Of a stretch of 64,000 nt of DNA, positions 8,941-18,893 are shown piece by piece. Location: NCBI RefSeq assembly GCF_988242995.1, contig NZ_OZ547043.1, one strand, 5' to 3'. The notes under the pieces are model-generated. The model saw only the letters and a list, made by a program, of their open reading frames with translations, had not been told where the DNA came from and did not search any database. Every line of letters begins with the position of its first letter. Positions within the stretch are counted from its first letter, which is position 1. The position numbers and the translations under genes were made by a program.

Positions 8941-9651
8941 TTACATTGGTTCTGGCGTAATTTCGAATCCAAGCAGTTCTTCGAACATCTCTTCACCTGA
9001 CATCGTTCCTTTGTGCCACCCTTTAGGGAAGATACCTTCGTCATTTTCGATGTAACTGGCATAAGGCACCATCCCCTGAGGGGTATCGGTAAAGGCTGGT
9101 GTACTATCCGGTCGTTCCCAAAAGGCATAACAGCGTTTATAGCGTTTATGCCTTGAGGTATAGGCTATCCCGTCATAGTCACGCCCGAAATGTGTATAAA
9201 GATGTTCCATTAGCCATTGAGTAAAAGTGTAATCCTCGTTCTCTAAGCTATCCAAAGGAATATGTAACAACTCACAGAGCGCTACAACATCGATCACTTT
9301 CACTGGCCTCATGACATCCACAGAGCACATATAGTGTTGTGAAAGTACCGATTCAGGATAAGAAATCGTCCCTTCGAGATGGAGCAAACGCCCATAAGCT
9401 TCTGCCGCCGCCGTTAACGCAGAGTCAGAGGCATACCATACCGCCACACATCCCCCTGGGGGGTTGTATCGCCCACATTCATTTTCCTCAATTGGCGCTC
9501 TGAAGTTGATTGCGCTTTCATACAACGCCCTTTGATGACGCTTCAAAAGACCAGAGCCTGGTTGAATGTCAATCGCCGGAATACGTCCAGATTTATTTTT
9601 TGCAGCAATTCCTTGTGCAACAATATTTTTTTCAAATGTCCATTTGGTCAT
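8941..9651 (-). CDS. RES-domain protein (predicted NAD+-targeting toxin-like effector)
   Basis: 236 aa from ATG 9651 with AAGGAG RBS; motif ECGRYNPPGGCVAVWYASDSALTAAAEAY resembles the RES-domain core (GGRWNPP...YLADS...E in MbcT/ParT-type toxins); candidate Ser in GIAYTSRH; low GC. Confidence 0.6.
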   Translation of the reverse strand: MTKWTFEKNIVAQGIAAKNKSGRIPAIDIQPGSGLLKRHQRALYESAINFRAPIEENECGRYNPPGGCVAVWYASDSALTAAAEAYGRLLHLEGTISYPESVLSQHYMCSVDVMRPVKVIDVVALCELLHIPLDSLENEDYTFTQWLMEHLYTHFGRDYDGIAYTSRHKRYKRCYAFWERPDSTPAFTDTPQGMVPYASYIENDEGIFPKGWHKGTMSGEEMFEELLGFEITPEPM

Positions 9652-10345
9652 TTTTACTACTCCTTCTATAAACAGATTAAGCCATAGGCTCCTCTCCATA
9701 TTGATTGAAAATAATCCCTACCGTGCTTGCCCGGCAGGGGGTATGAGAACATGTGTATCTCAATCTCGATTATACCAAGCAAATTTTCTATTTTTCGGAA
9801 ATTTAGAGAGTTTTTTTAATGCTTCGCATGCCTTCTCGATGTATTGATGGGGCTGAAAAGAAGAAATAACGCAGGAAGTTTTACGGAAAGGAGAACTATA
9901 AAGATTTTTTTCAAGTGAATTAGAAATAAGAACTTCGCAGGATACTGCATTTTTAGTGAAGATGGGTTGAGTTTCTCAGCAAGAGTCCCGCGAGAGCCGT
10001 ATTGACAGCATGCATGACTCGGAGATTATTCCCCATGCAGGATGGTACACCAATGCAAGAGTTGGTTTACGCAAATGATTGGATGATCGCGATTACCGAC
10101 CGTACATTGCGCAAATAACGTTCTGCGTCGATGCTATTAAGATGCCCCGACCACACCGTACGACGGACGCCGTAGTGATCCGAGCTTAAGAATAGATAAT
10201 CTTTTCTCTCCGGATTCACCGTTCGCAGTGCGTTTTCCATAGCTGTCGCAAGCACAATACTTCCGCTACAGGCACAGAGCGGACTGTCAGATTAGGTTTT
10301 ACTCTGTGCCATAGATGAGTAATCTCACACCAGATCTAATACGAT

Positions 10346-10924
10346 TTATTGTGGCATTTCAGGCCATTCTATATCCGGAGCATCTTCCGGCTGAACGCGA
10401 TTCAGTAGCACACGGTATTTTTTCCAGTGTGTCAGGCTTAACTTTTCTTCCTCGGTAGCCATATCTAAATCGACAGCATCCTGCAGCGTGGCAATAATTT
10501 CACCTGCATATGCAATCAGCTCTTTCTTCTGAGAGTCAGCCGCTCTGACAAGCGCATCACGCTCTGCATTCTCATCATTCACCCACGCATTTCCGTTCCA
10601 TTTCTGATAATCCCCATCCGGGGAAATGGCTGTCACGTCTGGAGGTAATGCGCCAAGTTCAGAAATATAAATGGCTGCTCCCGTTTTCGTTTCGTAGACA
10701 GTCTTTCCGCGATGATCTTCCATCAACTCCCATTTTATTTCATCTGCATTGAAAACGGCTGCATAACCAGCCGGTATATCAGGCGGCGCAATATCTGTAC
10801 TGTTTGCAGGCAGACCTGTATACGGTGGAATATACGCGTCACTTTCCCCAATAAATTCATTGGTTCCATCAAGTAAATTAAATACGCGGATAGTTTGTGC
10901 TTCTGCACTCATTCTGAAAGCCAT
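10346..10924 (-). CDS. G: Tail fiber assembly protein gpG
   Basis: 192 aa, directly downstream of H with overlapping stop/start, P2 G position. Confidence 0.85.
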   Translation of the reverse strand: MAFRMSAEAQTIRVFNLLDGTNEFIGESDAYIPPYTGLPANSTDIAPPDIPAGYAAVFNADEIKWELMEDHRGKTVYETKTGAAIYISELGALPPDVTAISPDGDYQKWNGNAWVNDENAERDALVRAADSQKKELIAYAGEIIATLQDAVDLDMATEEEKLSLTHWKKYRVLLNRVQPEDAPDIEWPEMPQ

Positions 10925-13542
10925 TATGCAAGCCTCACAATATAGTTAAATGCGATGTTTTTTACGGTATTTTCTGTATTACCTGTAGCATTAACGGTAA
11001 TAGAGTGCCCGTGTGAGCCAATAGCAACCGTGTGTGAATGTGCACCAATACCAACAGTATGGTTATGTGCTCCAATGTCGACTGTATGTGCATGATTGCC
11101 TGATGAACTTGTAGTCGTAGCACCTTTATCACTTCGCGGAACACCATAATCTGCACCGCCTGATTGCACGCTCACAGCAAAACCGACGGTATGTGTATGA
11201 TTGCCAGAAGTATTGGTTGATTTTGTGCCGTGGTTAAACGTACTGACTGTTTTTGTCCCGTAATCAAATGAACTGGTTGTTTTCGTTCCCAAATCCGTAT
11301 TTGACGCACTGGCGCTGTGAGTATGCGATTTAATCCCGTCCTGTTCCTGTGACAATACGGCACGCCCACTGGCAGGTTTGCCCTTGATTGTCCAGCCGCG
11401 CATATCAGGAATAACACCTGAAGGATAGGCAACAGCCAGTTTCGGATATGCAGCCTTATCAAACGTCTGCCCCTGCATAATTGCATAGCCCGCAGGTGGT
11501 GTATCTGATGGCCACGGCAACGGAACACCTGGCGGAAACGCTTCAATATCTTTCGTCCCGTCAAACGTTACGCCATTAATCGCCCTTGCCGTTTTCAGCT
11601 TTGTAGCTGTAGCCGCATTGCCGGACAGTTCGCCTGAAAGACCGGCGCTGAAGGTTTGTTTCGCCGCCCATGTCTGAGCTTCGTCGATAATTGGCACACG
11701 TCTTGTCGTGATCGTGCGGCTTCCCGGATTTCCTGAAATACGCACCATAAAAAAGCGGTAGTTCGCTTTACTTACAGTGCTGCGCCATACATGCATTGAG
11801 CGCCCAGTACCGGAATCATCACTCGGACCAACTGCGATGTTTATCAGGTTGCCATCAATGACGCCCCAGTCCATACCGTCGGGAATATTGGTCATGTTAT
11901 CAAGCCGAACGGTTATCAGACTGCCCGGCACAAAGTCGTGGGTCTGCCAGTCCAGGCTGGTGAGTTTTGCCACTGCACCGCCGATACCCAGATTCAGGGG
12001 AAGTGAATACGAGGTGTAGACTTCCCGCCATTCGCTCCACGAGCTGCCGGTATAGACGCGCTCAAACGTGCGACCTTTAAGGGTTGCACCTGTTCCGGCA
12101 GTTGTATAACGCTGCCATACGTTAACACCATCAAAGCGCCTCAACACTTCCAGAATACCGAGGACTGTCACGCCGTTTCCGTCCAGTATTGGACCGTTGG
12201 TCGCTTTACCTGTAACGCTGTAAATACCTGGTGAAGTCACATCATTCAAATCCCCGTCGTAATAACGACTCTCTGACTGATGACCGACTCTTAACCACGG
12301 TTCCCACTGCGGATTTGATGCATCCCAGCTTGCCGCAAGGCAGCGGACATACATATTTCCACGGCGAGTGGTATAACGTTGCGTTCTTCCATAATTCCCG
12401 CCTTCGAGGATCTCAAGCGTCCCCTGAGCAAAGCCGCCTTCCTCTGGATAATTGCGTTCATATGAAGCTATAGCCGAGCTACTGTTACGCCATAAACCAA
12501 GATGTTCGGCGGCTCCAAGCGTATTCAGGTCTATAGTCGTACTCAAAGGGCGGGTAGCTGATTGAGTGTGACGCCATACGCCCCATGGACCATCAGTACC
12601 ATTCCACTGATTGGCGAGTTTACGCATGTATACATTGCCGTCTCTCGTGATAAAGCGTTGCGTGCCTGCAAAATTGCCGGCAGCAAAAACCTCAAGCACA
12701 CCGACAGCATTATCTTCCGGGAAATTTTTCTCCAGTGTTGCGTTAGTTGAGGTAGCTTTAGACCAGATCCCCAGATAAGCCTTAACGGGACCAAATGTAT
12801 TCAGATCAGCATCAACCGGCATTTCGCCGTTGTTTTTCATAAACGTCAGGCTGGTAACGCCAACATTGTCCAGAAAAGCGTCCTTATCTGGAATATCGCC
12901 ACCGTTCTGGTCTTTCTGCAGACGTTTCTCAGCATTGTCATAGGCTGCTTTTACTGCCTTTGGCGTTGCCGCCAGCTTTTCACTGGTGCTGTTTGTTGCA
13001 CTGCTTAACTGAGTAAAACCTTTTTCTGTCAGCGTGGCGTCAGGATGGCGGCGGGACTGCTCATGCTCTGCGATTTTGTCATCGACGTAATCCTGCGTCG
13101 CCATCACCGTGCTGGCATCAATACTCAGCTCAACGGACGCCACGTTGCTGAGAATAATAACCATGCGGCAGGTCTGCGCACGTCCGGAGCCTTCAGCCAG
13201 TTCTGGCTTATAGCTTTCTGCCATGTTGGATACCGCAATCAGTGTTCCGGCATCGTCATACAGACCAAGCTCACGCATCCAGAAGCCGCCCACTTCGGGC
13301 GGTACAACCAGTTCAGCCACGATATAGTTTTTATTCTTGTTATCCACGCTGACTTTATTCAGAGCGTGACGCCAGACCTCATGCACCAGTTTCGTCTGAC
13401 CGGCATCCGGCACCGGCAATTTGCCATTACCGTCACCCACGGCCATTGCAGACAGGTTTACTTTTTTCCCGCCGGGGACAGTGGCGGCTGCCAGCTTTGC
13501 GGCTCCGGCAGTAGTGATAACGGTTTTAAATTTCGTGCTCAT
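10924..13542 (-). CDS. H: Tail fiber protein gpH (long variant with His-rich C-terminal repeats)
   Basis: 872 aa; N-terminus P2 H-like; C-terminal region has repeated HxH motifs ([34 protein letters not shown]). Confidence 0.85.
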   Translation of the reverse strand: MSTKFKTVITTAGAAKLAAATVPGGKKVNLSAMAVGDGNGKLPVPDAGQTKLVHEVWRHALNKVSVDNKNKNYIVAELVVPPEVGGFWMRELGLYDDAGTLIAVSNMAESYKPELAEGSGRAQTCRMVIILSNVASVELSIDASTVMATQDYVDDKIAEHEQSRRHPDATLTEKGFTQLSSATNSTSEKLAATPKAVKAAYDNAEKRLQKDQNGGDIPDKDAFLDNVGVTSLTFMKNNGEMPVDADLNTFGPVKAYLGIWSKATSTNATLEKNFPEDNAVGVLEVFAAGNFAGTQRFITRDGNVYMRKLANQWNGTDGPWGVWRHTQSATRPLSTTIDLNTLGAAEHLGLWRNSSSAIASYERNYPEEGGFAQGTLEILEGGNYGRTQRYTTRRGNMYVRCLAASWDASNPQWEPWLRVGHQSESRYYDGDLNDVTSPGIYSVTGKATNGPILDGNGVTVLGILEVLRRFDGVNVWQRYTTAGTGATLKGRTFERVYTGSSWSEWREVYTSYSLPLNLGIGGAVAKLTSLDWQTHDFVPGSLITVRLDNMTNIPDGMDWGVIDGNLINIAVGPSDDSGTGRSMHVWRSTVSKANYRFFMVRISGNPGSRTITTRRVPIIDEAQTWAAKQTFSAGLSGELSGNAATATKLKTARAINGVTFDGTKDIEAFPPGVPLPWPSDTPPAGYAIMQGQTFDKAAYPKLAVAYPSGVIPDMRGWTIKGKPASGRAVLSQEQDGIKSHTHSASASNTDLGTKTTSSFDYGTKTVSTFNHGTKSTNTSGNHTHTVGFAVSVQSGGADYGVPRSDKGATTTSSSGNHAHTVDIGAHNHTVGIGAHSHTVAIGSHGHSITVNATGNTENTVKNIAFNYIVRLA

Positions 13543-13552
13543 TGTTTCTCAC

Positions 13553-14083
13553 TTATCCGGGATAAACAGTAATAACATCACCATCACAGACCACACCGCC
13601 TGTATACAGATAGCCGGGAATGTCCTGGATAATGTTCAGGCCGATAAGGTGGCGACTTGCGGGTTTGGCATCGGCAATCAGCCGTTCCATTTCCAGATAC
13701 ATCTCCTCCGTGATACCGCTTTCCAGCACACCGATATCAAGGCGAAAGGTTCCGGGCGGGTCGTTTGTCTCCCACCATTCCTTTACGTTAATGAGATAGC
13801 CGAGCGGCTCCACCACACGCCGGATTGCGCCGACAGTGCCTTTATGACAATGAATGAAATACGCATCGCGGATAACGGCGCGTTTTGTCGCTTCCGGCCA
13901 CTTTTCATCCCACCTGTCGACCGAAAACGCCCACGCCAGCCACGGCAGCAGATTTGCCGGACAGGTATCCGGGTTCCACAGCTCACGAATACTGACCGGC
14001 GTTTTTTCAATTTCCGCACAGGCTTTTGCGGCAGCAACTTCAAGCGGTGATGAGCCGGTCGGCAGCAGTCGCGAATCACTCAT
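13553..14083 (-). CDS. I: Baseplate protein gpI
   Basis: 176 aa, P2 I length and position. Confidence 0.9.
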   Translation of the reverse strand: MSDSRLLPTGSSPLEVAAAKACAEIEKTPVSIRELWNPDTCPANLLPWLAWAFSVDRWDEKWPEATKRAVIRDAYFIHCHKGTVGAIRRVVEPLGYLINVKEWWETNDPPGTFRLDIGVLESGITEEMYLEMERLIADAKPASRHLIGLNIIQDIPGYLYTGGVVCDGDVITVYPG

Positions 14084-14984
14084 CCGAGCCTCCGGTCACG
14101 ACGCGGTATTCGGTACAGAAAGACGCCTGCGTACTGTTGAGCACGATGTCAGCCAGTGGTGCAGTCAGTTCGACACGCTGCACGCCTTCCACATGCAAAG
14201 CGGCATAAATGGCAGACAGACGGATGTCGCGCCCCAGCCGGTGCTGTGCCGTGATATACGCTTCCAGTTTTTTTACTGCGGCCGCGCGGATGGGTTCGCT
14301 TTCGGGACCAGGGTAAAGGTAAAGCGTGGCGTTTATCTGGTATTCAACGATGGCGGCAGACTGCACGGTCACGCGGTCGGCCACCGGCCTGACATCCTCG
14401 CCATTAAGGGCGTTACGTACCACAGCCAGCAGGTCTTCGGATGCCACACCGTTATTCTCACGTGACAGCACAGAGATGGTGACGCAGGCCGGAGACGGAC
14501 TGGTGACAGAGATATCCGCGACACGCCCGTCGGCACTGCGGCCATGATACTGATAGGCACCCACCGACCCGGCGACGCTTAAACCTTCAAACGCCTGCTG
14601 AATACGCAGACGATAATCGGTGTCAGATTCCATCACTGCCGGTGTCGGCGGGAGGGTCGAATCATCTGCCGGGGTGATAATCAGGCGCGTGGTGTTGTAA
14701 TTGGCACCAATCACATCAAGGTCATTACCGGCTGCACAGGCCAGCATCACCGCCCGTGCAGCCTCATTCACACGCTGACGCCAGATAAGCTCACGATAAG
14801 CATTTTCCTCCAGCAGTTTGACGAGAGGCTCAGATTCCAGCGTCAGGGTACGGGCGACCGCCTCCTGCTGGTCTTCCGGGTAAAGGGAAATCAGTGTCGC
14901 CTTGCGTTCGGCGAGAATGGTTTCAAAGTCCAGCTCCTCGACCACATCCGGTGCGGGTAGCTGGTTCAGGTCGATAATCGGCAT
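14076..14984 (-). CDS. J: Baseplate protein gpJ
   Basis: 302 aa, P2 J length and position. Confidence 0.9.
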   Translation of the reverse strand: MPIIDLNQLPAPDVVEELDFETILAERKATLISLYPEDQQEAVARTLTLESEPLVKLLEENAYRELIWRQRVNEAARAVMLACAAGNDLDVIGANYNTTRLIITPADDSTLPPTPAVMESDTDYRLRIQQAFEGLSVAGSVGAYQYHGRSADGRVADISVTSPSPACVTISVLSRENNGVASEDLLAVVRNALNGEDVRPVADRVTVQSAAIVEYQINATLYLYPGPESEPIRAAAVKKLEAYITAQHRLGRDIRLSAIYAALHVEGVQRVELTAPLADIVLNSTQASFCTEYRVVTGGSDE

Positions 14985-14988
14985 GGTT

Positions 14989-15336
14989 TCAACTCACAGG
15001 GATGGTTAACGAAAGTGGCTGGCCGGTGTCGTTGTGCTGGCCGGTTAACGTGACCGTCATTCGCCCGTCAAAACTGCGCGCCGTGGTGACAGATGACAGC
15101 GTGACGCGGGGTTCCCATTTCAGCACCGCCATGTAACAGGCGACCTTAATCTGCAACTCAAGCGCCGGGGTCTGCGGCTGGTCAATCATTGACGCCAGCA
15201 ACGAGCCGTAATCACGACGCATCACCCGTGAGCCGACCGGTGTGCGCAGGATATCGCCGATACTCTGGCTGATATGCTCAAGGTCAGTGACAGTCAGGCC
15301 ATCACTGCGATTCATTCCGAGATAACGCGCTGTCAT
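14989..15336 (-). CDS. W: Baseplate protein gpW
   Basis: 115 aa, P2 W length and position. Confidence 0.9.
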   Translation of the reverse strand: MTARYLGMNRSDGLTVTDLEHISQSIGDILRTPVGSRVMRRDYGSLLASMIDQPQTPALELQIKVACYMAVLKWEPRVTLSSVTTARSFDGRMTVTLTGQHNDTGQPLSLTIPVS

Positions 15337-15968
15337 AGAGGGCTCCCGGTTGTGCCGCCGCTGTCGCCGGGGTGTTTATGGGTATGCAGTACCTTACCGT
15401 TTGATGAGAGTTCACCGCCGGTGTGTTCAATGTTGCCGCGCATCGTCCCGCCCTTCTGCACTTCCAGCGTGCCGGTAATCAGCCTGTTGGTGCAGACCAC
15501 CTCCGGTGTGTCCAGGGTGACGCGGGTTGATGCTTTCACCATGACCACCGGCACCGTGGCAGTAACAGAATCAGAAGCCGTCACGCTGGCCGTTTTAATT
15601 CCGCTTACCGTGAGTGCACTGGTTTCAGGTTCATATTCAATCACCGCCCCGTCAGGGAAACGGATATGCAGGGCATCCGCCGACGCAGACGGCGCGGGGT
15701 TATTGCCGGAATAAATCCCCGGCAGAACGAACGCCGTGTCGAGTTCACCGCCCACGGCCAGAATCAGCACCTGCTCCCCCACGGAAGGTGCCCACCATGT
15801 GCGCGAACGACCGGCACGATGGGTCAGCCACTGAAGCCAGTCAGTGCACATGCCGCCGGTCTGCACACGGCAGCGACCGGCGTTAAGGTCGGTTTCGACG
15901 ACAAGGCCGGTGCGGATCATGTTGCGCAGTGCGCGCGCGATTTCCTGAATATTTGCGAGAGTGTTCAT
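15333..15968 (-). CDS. V: Baseplate spike protein gpV
   Basis: 211 aa, P2 V length and position. Confidence 0.9.
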   Translation of the reverse strand: MNTLANIQEIARALRNMIRTGLVVETDLNAGRCRVQTGGMCTDWLQWLTHRAGRSRTWWAPSVGEQVLILAVGGELDTAFVLPGIYSGNNPAPSASADALHIRFPDGAVIEYEPETSALTVSGIKTASVTASDSVTATVPVVMVKASTRVTLDTPEVVCTNRLITGTLEVQKGGTMRGNIEHTGGELSSNGKVLHTHKHPGDSGGTTGSPL

Positions 15969-16034
15969 AACGGGAAGGATGCCGCCGGGTCATACCGGCG
16001 GCAATGTGACGATGAGGTGTCGGGAATGGCACAA

Positions 16035-16487
16035 CTAACGGTCGAGGTGAGCCAGGATAATCTCTTCAATCATCTGTACATCCTCACCGGTGAAGCCGAG
16101 CAGAGGGCGCGCCGGATAATCAATTTTCTTACCGTCTTTCCGGTTTTCTTCCGACAGACCGAACTGATGCACACTGGCGATTTTCGGTGACTTCCCGCCG
16201 TAAAACTCCATTGATGCCTGTTCCGGGCTGGCGCGGATATGCAAAAAACGACTGGTGATAAGTTTCGCAAACATTTTTCGCTTAACACGACCGGTCTTTT
16301 TTCTGGCGCTCTGCTGCTGGCGTGGCGCATAGGGTGTGCCGTCCGGGGCTTTCTGTGCCATCACCCGACGCTGCTGACTCTGTCGCAGACGTTTTGCCAG
16401 TTCGGCACTCAGTCGCCGACGCCCTGATGGTGACAGTGATTCAATCAGCCCGGTCAGCCGGTCTTCAAAACGCTTAAACTCATTCAT
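16035..16487 (-). CDS. S: Tail completion protein gpS
   Basis: 150 aa, P2 S length and position. Confidence 0.9.
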   Translation of the reverse strand: MNEFKRFEDRLTGLIESLSPSGRRRLSAELAKRLRQSQQRRVMAQKAPDGTPYAPRQQQSARKKTGRVKRKMFAKLITSRFLHIRASPEQASMEFYGGKSPKIASVHQFGLSEENRKDGKKIDYPARPLLGFTGEDVQMIEEIILAHLDR

Positions 16488-16947
16488 CCCACTTGCTCAC
16501 CAGTTCGCCATTGATATAAAGCTCCATCGGGCGGGTGACCGGCTCCGGCGGCGGAGGTTCCGGGATATTCTTCACATGCAGTGCGCCGTCCACCTCACTG
16601 ACCAGCGTGCGCTCGGTCAGCATCAGGCTGATGCTGATATCAAAGCTGCTGTCATTGTTGATGTCCGCATAAAACGTGAAGCCCTTTTTCTGGCCTTCGT
16701 CGGTGGTCATGATGTCGGGCTGATTTTCCCGCAGCCACGCCAGCACCGGCACGATGAGCAGGTCAAAATCACCGGTAAAGTCGGTCACAATGACATTGAG
16801 CGTGTAACGCTTTTCGAATGACAGCGACGTCGCCAGTGTGGAGGCAATACTCCCGTTATCCACGAATATCCGCAGCATCTCTGGACTGGTTTTCAGCACC
16901 GTGACGGCATCAGTCAGCGCCCTGCGCAGGCTGTCGGGTTTGAGCAT
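16480..16947 (-). CDS. R: Tail completion protein gpR
   Basis: 155 aa, P2 R length and position. Confidence 0.9.
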   Translation of the reverse strand: MLKPDSLRRALTDAVTVLKTSPEMLRIFVDNGSIASTLATSLSFEKRYTLNVIVTDFTGDFDLLIVPVLAWLRENQPDIMTTDEGQKKGFTFYADINNDSSFDISISLMLTERTLVSEVDGALHVKNIPEPPPPEPVTRPMELYINGELVSKWDE

Positions 16948-17200
16948 CGTTTTCGTCCTGACAGTGTTTAATCATTTTTACCTGGCTGGCACAGCGTGCC
17001 AGCGCGTTCTCAAGCTGCCGGATATCGGCACTTAAATCGCCGTTCTTCTGCGGGTCACTGCCCGGCATCGGGCAAAGACTCACTTTCGGGCAGGCGTTGT
17101 GGACAATCACTGGCGTCGGCGCAGGCCGGGCGCTGGTGCAACCGGCGCACAGCATCAGGCAGGTCAGCACCGTACCAGCGGCGGAAATCTTCGTTTTCAT
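16910..17200 (-). CDS. lysC: LysC (Rz1-like lipoprotein) nested out of frame in lysB
   Basis: 96 aa from ATG 17200 (GAGGT RBS); lipobox-like LCAGCTS signal; embedded in a different frame of lysB as in P2. Confidence 0.7.
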   Translation of the reverse strand: MKTKISAAGTVLTCLMLCAGCTSARPAPTPVIVHNACPKVSLCPMPGSDPQKNGDLSADIRQLENALARCASQVKMIKHCQDENDAQTRQPAQGAD

Positions 17201-17480
17201 TAAGTAACCTCGTGATGGTTTTCTCGCGCAGTGCTTCACGCTTCGCGGCGTTCTCCAGTTCCTGACGCAGTGCCACCTGCGCCAGCTCGTTTTTGTCTGC
17301 CCTGGTGAGGGCAACATGAAGCTGGTTTTTCAGCATGGTGATGGTCGTCTGCTGTTCACTGGCGACGTTGTTCACCCTGTCCAGCGAGGCGCGCAGGCTG
17401 GCGTTTTCATGCTTCGCCAGAAACAGCCCCGCCACCGCCAGCGATAACAACACAACCAGCACAATCATCAGCTTTGACAT
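17055..17480 (-). CDS. lysB: LysB (Rz-like spanin component)
   Basis: 141 aa, N-terminal transmembrane helix then coiled region; P2 lysB position. Confidence 0.8.
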   Translation of the reverse strand: MSKLMIVLVVLLSLAVAGLFLAKHENASLRASLDRVNNVASEQQTTITMLKNQLHVALTRADKNELAQVALRQELENAAKREALREKTITRLLNENEDFRRWYGADLPDAVRRLHQRPACADASDCPQRLPESESLPDAGQ

Positions 17481-17893
17481 GGTTCCCGCCCCTCAAGACG
17501 TTGACGGCAGGCCGTACGTATCAGCCGGAAGAACACCGACGCCACGAGATAAATCAGCGCGGTAAAAATCCACCCGGCAGCGACCAGCGAGATAAATGTC
17601 GCCACCATCACCACCAGAGCCGCCGCCCGTCTGCACCACGGCACCGGCTGCAAAAACAGCGACATGACAATCTTCACGGCCAGCGACTCCGGTGGCAGCT
17701 CCCACCCGTAGCGTTCCAGCGCATACTCAGTGGCATAAACGCCGACACCACCGGCAACCACACAGATAACCGTCGCCAGAATCGCCCAGGCAGCGACAAA
17801 ATTGACGGCCACGCTCTGCGGGTAAATCAGGGACAGTGCCAGCATCAGCGCCAGCGACACGTGCAGCATCAGTGAAAGGGATAATTTCTTCAT
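17468..17893 (-). CDS. lysA: LysA membrane protein (lysis timing)
   Basis: 141 aa, multiple hydrophobic helices; P2 lysA position. Confidence 0.8.
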   Translation of the reverse strand: MKKLSLSLMLHVSLALMLALSLIYPQSVAVNFVAAWAILATVICVVAGGVGVYATEYALERYGWELPPESLAVKIVMSLFLQPVPWCRRAAALVVMVATFISLVAAGWIFTALIYLVASVFFRLIRTACRQRLEGREPCQS

Positions 17894-17907
17894 GGTGTTT
17901 ACTCCGT

Positions 17908-18405
17908 TTAAGCCGGTACGCCGCCAGCGGTACGCCAGACGGTGACCAGTTTTTCCAGTGAATGCTCACGCTGACCGTAACCGGCACCCGGCAGGGACGC
18001 CCAGATATTGCGACAGCGTGAAATGGCGCGCTCAATGCGTCCCGCCCGGATGTCATCCAGTGCACCGCGTTCGCGGATCAACTGAATGGCGAGTCTGTCC
18101 TGCGACAACGGACTGAAATCCGGCAGGGCAAGCTGTTTGCGGTAGTGCGGCCAGAACAGGTAAAGCTGCTGATAGCGACCGGAGGCCGTGGATTTTTCAC
18201 CGCGACGGTTAAACACCTTCGCCGGTCGGCCATGTGCGAACGGGTGGTCACTGTAGTCGGTGAAGATTTCCGGCTTCCCGTCCAGTCCGGTGACTATCAC
18301 GTCATAGCCCCGGTTTTTCGTCAGCGGGTGATTCGCCGTCCCTTCGGACACGGCCAGCATGTCGAGAAAGGCAGCGATATTCTGATGCGTGTTAATTACC
18401 GGCAT
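17908..18405 (-). CDS. K: Endolysin gpK
   Basis: 165 aa, matches remembered P2 K (MPVINTHQNIAAFLDMLAVSEGT...). Confidence 0.9.
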   Translation of the reverse strand: MPVINTHQNIAAFLDMLAVSEGTANHPLTKNRGYDVIVTGLDGKPEIFTDYSDHPFAHGRPAKVFNRRGEKSTASGRYQQLYLFWPHYRKQLALPDFSPLSQDRLAIQLIRERGALDDIRAGRIERAISRCRNIWASLPGAGYGQREHSLEKLVTVWRTAGGVPA

Positions 18406-18686
18406 TACTGTTTCCCCCTGCCCTTAAAGCGGCGCTGAATGGCAATCTCAATCACCTGATAACCGGCGATACCCAGCATGGAGCCGATGCCGCACACCGC
18501 AGGCAGTGACAGGTCAGGAAACTGCACCAGAACAACACCGGCAACCATCGAGACAAAACCACCGAGCAACATGCGCCCGATAAACAGACGCGGGGTGATG
18601 GGTTCACCACCGGCAAGCACCTTGCCGACAACAATCAGCACCCCAATCATGAAAAGCGACAGGACGCTTTTTTCTTCTGCTGTCAT
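18405..18686 (-). CDS. Y: Holin gpY
   Basis: 93 aa, two to three transmembrane segments with charged C-terminus; P2 Y position. Confidence 0.9.
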   Translation of the reverse strand: MTAEEKSVLSLFMIGVLIVVGKVLAGGEPITPRLFIGRMLLGGFVSMVAGVVLVQFPDLSLPAVCGIGSMLGIAGYQVIEIAIQRRFKGRGKQ

Positions 18687-18689
18687 GCG

Positions 18690-18893
18690 TTACTCCCACA
18701 GATTGACAGTTTCAGCCACGGGCGCGGTCTGAACGTCGGGCAGTTCGACGGCGGTGCTGTGCGGCAGCACCGCACCCAGTTCAGCCAGTCCCGGATTTGC
18801 GGCGAGCACGGCCTCAACCACGCCCTCAGTGCGCCCGTAATACCGGACACAAATGGCGTCGAGCGTGTCGCCCTGTAGCGCAAAGGTCTTCAT
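18690..18893 (-). CDS. X: Tail protein gpX
   Basis: 67 aa from ATG 18893 (MKTFALQGDTLD...), overlapping the L stop; P2 X length. Confidence 0.8.
   Translation of the reverse strand: MKTFALQGDTLDAICVRYYGRTEGVVEAVLAANPGLAELGAVLPHSTAVELPDVQTAPVAETVNLWE

Noticed and set aside
10067-10255. 62-aa minus-strand ORF as a stand-alone gene (possible antitoxin for the RES protein)
   Set aside because: No RBS, no recognisable motif, and ~400 bp from the RES start; more likely a gene remnant. Kept only as part of the spacer finding.
13045-14465. Several plus-strand ORFs of 175-209 aa
   Set aside because: All overlap the H, I and J tail genes on the opposite strand, which match P2 in length and order.
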